Below, piece after piece: positions 47,490 through 64,000 of a DNA stretch of 64,000 nt. A program made the translations under genes and the position numbers. Source of the DNA: Sphaerodactylus townsendi. Taxonomy: Eukaryota. The number at the start of each line of letters is the position of its first letter. Position 1 is the first letter of the stretch. The stretch is taken from the NCBI RefSeq assembly GCF_021028975.2, contig NC_059425.1, forward strand, positions 28,334,001-28,398,000. Direction: 5' to 3'. The notes under the pieces are model-generated. The model was not told where the DNA came from and did no database searches. It was given only the letters and a program-made list of their open reading frames with translations.

Positions 47490-48134
47490 ATGGCTTCTCA
47501 CCTGGAGGAAGAGCCAAGATTTACAACCTTGACTTCTGAGAACTATTTAGATTGGAAAATTCGCCTACGATTTGTCTTAAAAGCCAAGGAGCTACTGGGG
47601 ATCACTGAAGAGGATCCACCTGCAGATGGGACTACGGCAGCAGAGAAAGCCACAAAAAAAGCTTGGCAGTTGAAGGATGCGAAGGTCAAGGCCCTGATCG
47701 TCAATACAGTGAGTTGGCAGACTTTATCTACCATAAGGGAACTGCAGACAGCCAAGCAGATGCTAAATAAATTAGACTCCATGCATCTGAAAAAGGGATG
47801 GGCTTACACATATTCCTTAAGAAGAAAATTACAAAATCTCCGTTACCAAGAAGGAGGCTGTTTTATAACTCATGTGTGTGAGTTGCAAGGTTTCTTTGCA
47901 AAATTTAAAGCAGCAGGAGATGAATTTGGGGAATATGCAAAACTGGCGACTCTTCTCTTAAGTCTGCCTCGAAGTTACAGTGGAATAATTCGTCAGTTGG
48001 AAACCCATACAGATTTAACCTTTGACGAGGCAGTACAGCATATATCTACTGAAGCTGCTGTGAGACAAATGCGGAACAATCACTGCAATGAACTATCAGA
48101 AAACTTTGCTCTTAAATTGACATGCCATACCTAA
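47490..48134 (+). CDS. Ty1/copia Gag capsid-region protein (DUF4219 plus UBN2/Retrotran_gag_2-like), 214 aa, intact
   Basis: Motifs LTSENYLDWKIRLRFVL..LL, WQLKDAKVKALI, TAKQMLNKL, LRRKLQNLR, LLLSLPRSY. Strong Kozak context aaaATGG. Confidence 0.8.
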   Translation: MASHLEEEPRFTTLTSENYLDWKIRLRFVLKAKELLGITEEDPPADGTTAAEKATKKAWQLKDAKVKALIVNTVSWQTLSTIRELQTAKQMLNKLDSMHLKKGWAYTYSLRRKLQNLRYQEGGCFITHVCELQGFFAKFKAAGDEFGEYAKLATLLLSLPRSYSGIIRQLETHTDLTFDEAVQHISTEAAVRQMRNNHCNELSENFALKLTCHT

Positions 48135-48422
48135 GAAATTCCCAGGAAGGAGAGGAATTCTGCTAGGGGAAACCACAAGGCCCCTCATTTACAATACTAG
48201 AGATCTGACTTAGTTGCCAAGAAAATGCAGTCCAAAGGGAGAGGTCATGTGACTGTTGCCAGAGAAATGACTTTCAGGAATATGAGCTGTTTCCTCCAAA
48301 TGTTTCTTATGTAACCAGCCTGGCCACCGGGTGGCAAACTGTCCCAATAATCAAGTAAGAGGGACACACTTTACTGAAAGGAGAGATTTATTCTAGATCA
48401 CTGAGATTTATTCTAGATCACT

Positions 48423-48740
48423 CTGCTCTCTGCTCTTGCGCTGTTTACATCAGGGTAACTCTCATATTGAGGGGCCCGCCGTTCCTCCTTTTTGGGGAAG
48501 GTTTTAAATGTGGGTTTTTCTGGACACCTCTTATTTATTTAATTATTACCACTGTTTATATGAAGTTTTTAGAAAGTTTTATTGATTCTTAATTGGATGG
48601 AGTTTATGTTATTTGTATACTGTGTTGTATGATTTGCTCCTTTATTCAATATTGTATGATTTTATGTTGTACACCGCCCGGAGCCCTTCGGGGATCGGGC
48701 GGTATAGAAATCCAAGAAATAATAAATAAATAAATAAATA
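48423..48740 (+). mobile_element. L2 3'-end fragment inserted in the copia protease
   Basis: Hairpin ccgcccggagcccttcggggatcgggcgg and a (TAAA)n tail. A 20-bp tandem duplication (48383-48402 / 48403-48422) sits at the 5' junction. Confidence 0.85.
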
Positions 48741-49403
48741 TATCAAATCACCTGAATTTCTTTACTGAACTATTTGAGATTCCTGAAAAAATTGTGCATG
48801 TTGGGGGGAAAAAAACTACAACAAAGGAAAAACAATATGGTCAAGGTTTTTTGTATTGCAAACTGCCAAATGAATCAATCAATTTCTAGTTAAATGTGTT
48901 TTATATATTTCAGATTTTTCAAGTTCTTTGTTTTCATTATCCAAGCTGGAGAAACAAGGCGGTGAACTGCATATTAAAAATGGACTGGGTATTGTTACTC
49001 AAAATGGATACGTCCGTCTCATAGGATCAGAACACAATGGGATTTACAATGTGTAGGAGCAACTTGTATCAGAAGTAGATAGGGAATTCAGTTTTGTCTG
49101 AACCTGAAGCATGTCAACCAAATGAAGTAAACCTTGCTCAGTCATGCTCACATGAAAATTGTTTACATTTGTAGCATTGCTGTCTTGTCACAGGAATTAT
49201 TACTCAATCCAGGACATGATGAAAAGGGGATTGATTTATGGCACTGATTTTGTGTCATGTGATGTTGTAACTAACTGTTATCTATTGTTTTGAATCCAAA
49301 GCCGTTGGACCCATCAGGACCTTGCCCCCACTACCAACTGAAACTGCACCCTACACTCCTCTAAACAACATCCCTTCAAGCACTGAAAAAGAGTAACATC
49401 CCC

Positions 49404-49708
49404 CAGTGGCGTGCGGGGAGGAATGGCGCCCAGGCTCACAAGGTCTCCTGGGAAGTGTAGTTCCCATCAGGCTACTTCTTCAGTCAGCTGCTTTTTGCAG
49501 CCGCTAAACTCAGGTAACTGGGGGATATTGCCGGGGGTGTGTGTGTGTGTGTGTGAGGCCCAGCCACTTCTGGAAAAGAGGAGGGGTGTGGCTGGGCCTC
49601 GGTGTGACGTGTGCACACCACCCAGGCAGGCCTTGGCCCGGGTGGTGCATGCACATAGCACTGAGGCCTAGCCATGCCCCTTTCCCGGAGTGTGGGGCTA
49701 AGCCACTG
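49404..49708. mobile_element. hAT-type MITE
   Basis: Termini cagtggcg / agccactg, with catcccc duplicated on both flanks. Confidence 0.75.
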
Positions 49709-50658
49709 CATCCCCCTCTTCTAGAGGCTCTTCTAGAGGCTGAACATTCCCAGTTCCCACTGTCCCTTCACTCTCATCTAGATTGTTGATAAAAATATTT
49801 TAAAAGCACTACACCTAAAACTGAACTCTGTGGCACCCCACTAGATACTCCCTCCAATCAGACAAGGTGCCGTTAAGTACCTTCTTTGGGTCTGATTATT
49901 CAGCCAATTGGTTATTCACCTAACTATCCTAAAATCTCATATACAGCCCTCCAAGCTTATCAAATGCATATCAAATACACAATATCCACGGCAACCCACA
50001 ATCCAGCAAACCGGTCATCCTTCAAAAAAGGAAATGAGATTAGCCTGACAGGTCCTATTAGGGACAAATTCACATCTTATCGCCAAGTTATCTCCTAGAT
50101 ATTTGCAGATATTAAGAGTGCAGCCCTTTTAACATTGGATCCAAGATTTTCCCTGGGACAGGTTGAATTGATTGGCCCATAGTTTCCTGGAACGTACCCC
50201 AAAAATCTTGTTGGTCTCTAAGGTGCTGCTGTACTCCAATCTAGCCGTTCTGCTGCTTTTAAAAATCTGAGACTTCCTCCAAGGAGTTCAAGGCAGCATA
50301 TGGGGTCATCAAACCCCCAATTTTATCCTCACAATATCCTTGTGAGATAGACCAGGTTGAGAGAGAGCAACTGGCCCAAGGTAACTCAGTGGGTTTTCTA
50401 GCAGCACAGATGTCTAAAGTCCCTGCTCACCACCCTATATCACACCCTATATCACCCTTGCTCCCAGCCCCTTTTCCAGCTTTTGGGGGACAGCACTCAA
50501 CTGGCCACATACATTACAGTATTTGTGTCAGGACAGACACAGCAGTATTGTGTGTAAAGGCAAATCTTCAGTCTCACTCCCACACAAGCTGGAAGTGAAC
50601 ATCTCCCTCCCCTCACAAAGTACATGAGAACTAGGTATGTTTATGGTCATTTTTTTCA

Positions 50659-50664
50659 TTTATT
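50659..50664 (-). terminator. CAD: CAD polyadenylation signal
   Basis: AATAAA on the minus strand about 580 nt after the CAD stop. Confidence 0.75.
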
Positions 50665-51247
50665 AAAAAAAAAGGGAAACAAATTCAGGTCACAGTGTGT
50701 AGAAAAATCACTGCGTTGTGCAGCTTAGAACAGTCACACCAGGAAAAGGGGGGGGGGGAATTGGAATGTATCACAATTGGAAAGAACCTGGATGGTGTTT
50801 CCCTGTTGCGAGAAACACCACCTCCCATATCCCATGAGTGACATCTACGTGGGGGGAGGGGGAATAAGTAAAAGTATCACTATTTAGACCAAAAAGAACA
50901 GAAGCTTTGGGAAGGAGGGAAGAGATCCCTCCAGCACTGGGCCAGAAACCAGCTCAGCCCAAGAGGGCCAACGGAAAACAAGCTGAACATGCCTGAGGAG
51001 TCTGACACAAGCAGGGCAGTGGAAGATCGGAGCTGAGGAGAAGACCATGAGTAGACTTCTCCCTTCTTAAGTCTATACTACTTTCAGCTCCATCTGTGCT
51101 GCCAACAAGTCCCTTACTACCAGGCTGCTCATTGTGGTCTTTGGTGGAATGGAGTGGGCAGAAGCCCAACAGAGTGGCACCAACCAGTGGGCAAGTTGAG
51201 AACAGAGCAACCTCCTTGTGCCCTTTGCAGAACAGCGTAGACATCTG

Positions 51248-63070
<11,823 letters not shown>

Positions 63071-63814
63071 CTGTCCCAAGAGAAAGGCCTTCAGTGACAC
63101 AGTCACACACTCGCCACTAGGTGCTGCTTCCACAGAGACTCTGGCCTTGACCCCAAACCCATGGGCCCCTACTGCCTCAAAATACCCAGTGTCAGCAGAA
63201 CAGCCATGGTGCTGTGATAGGTTGGCAATCAGCAAGCATAGCTGTAACTGGGGGAGCCATCTTGGTCTGTTTCAGGTGAATAGCAGTGTTGGCCTGCAGT
63301 AGAACAGTCACACCTTAAAAGACCAACAAAACTGATCAGGGTATAAGCTTTCAATAGTCAAAGCTCCCTTTAACTGACAAATGGAGCTTTGACTCTCAAA
63401 AGCTTACACTCTTGAAAATCTTCCTATTCTTTAAGGCGTTACTGGACTTGAATTTTGGTCAGTGTGCCTGATGTCCCCCAGCAGTAGCTTAAAGCTTTCT
63501 CCTGTAAAATTCCTCTATAAAGATTTTCTATCCACAGACCAAAATATACACATGCACTGAAGCTTTTATGAAGATGTAAGTAGAGGGGGCACAACAGCAG
63601 TCCTCACTGAGGGACCGTGCACTTCTGGGAGAAGGTCCAGAAATCTGGGTGACTGAAGGAAGGGGGGGGGGGGCAAGGGAGGAATAAATCTGTTTCTTCC
63701 TCTCTCTGGTTGTTTACTTGAAGTATTCTAACTGCAGGTCCAACCTTCAAAGCCAGCCTGAGCTCCTTATATCAACATGGTTGTAAAAACCACTCTCATT
63801 CTCCCCCTTATACC

Positions 63815-63912
63815 CAGTGGTGGGATTCAGCAGATTCGCATCACTTAGGCAGAACCGGTTGTTAAAATGATGCTTGTAAACCAGTTGTTAAATTATCTGA
63901 ATCCCACCCCTG
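63815..63912. mobile_element. Short hAT MITE (ET-like termini)
   Basis: TIR cagtggtgggattca / tgaatcccacccctg. Perfect TSD cttatacc. Confidence 0.88.
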
Positions 63913-64000
63913 CTTATACCTGACTATCTCAGAATACTGTGAAGACTAGAAGCCTGGGAAATAAGCAAAGGGAGTTGTGGGAAGATGGCTGGCAGCCATG

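Larger units (their letters stand above)
47000..49300 (+). mobile_element. Decayed Ty1/copia LTR retrotransposon (5' LTR, PBS, gag, broken protease and gag-pre-integrase)
   Basis: LTR-like segment with AATAAA near 47174, ending CCAACA at 47327. PBS ggttattgggc at 47328 resembles the copia GGTTATGGGCCCAG. Out-of-frame knuckle CFLCNQPGHRVANC at 48301-48342, protease remnant RFILD near 48384, LHL*H remnant near 49160. The left boundary is approximate. Confidence 0.8.

Overview
Vertebrate genomic DNA, most likely a squamate reptile (probably a gecko, judged only from the repeat families), with three N-gaps and two patches of indel-rich, apparently unpolished sequence. It corresponds to the human 2p23.3 gene neighbourhood. 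Genes: the 3' half of AGBL5/CCP5 (+, 10 phase-compatible exons traced, 7066-18943); OST4 (-, 37-aa CDS 19929-20042, missed by the ORF track); an orphan CRE+TATA promoter at about 22 kb (-) that fits UCN but has no coding exon in the sequence; complete MPV17 (-, 7 coding exons, 177 aa, 27871-44272); and the 3' part of CAD (-, 51248-63070, from the CPS-MGS domain through DHOase to ATCase). Mobile DNA: an apparently full-length L2-clade LINE with an intact 993-aa ORF2, many hAT MITEs with 8-bp TSDs, tRNA- and 5S-derived SINEs, CR1 and RTE-type fragments, Penelope termini with hammerhead motifs, a solo LTR, and a decayed Ty1/copia element. Best novelty candidate: in that copia element the 214-aa Gag capsid ORF is intact while the PBS, zinc knuckle, protease and integrase leader are disrupted. 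It sits about 1.1 kb downstream of a splice donor on the divergent side of the MPV17 CpG promoter, so it is a possible domesticated copia gag gene. All calls come from reading the sequence and from recalled family motifs; no searches were run.
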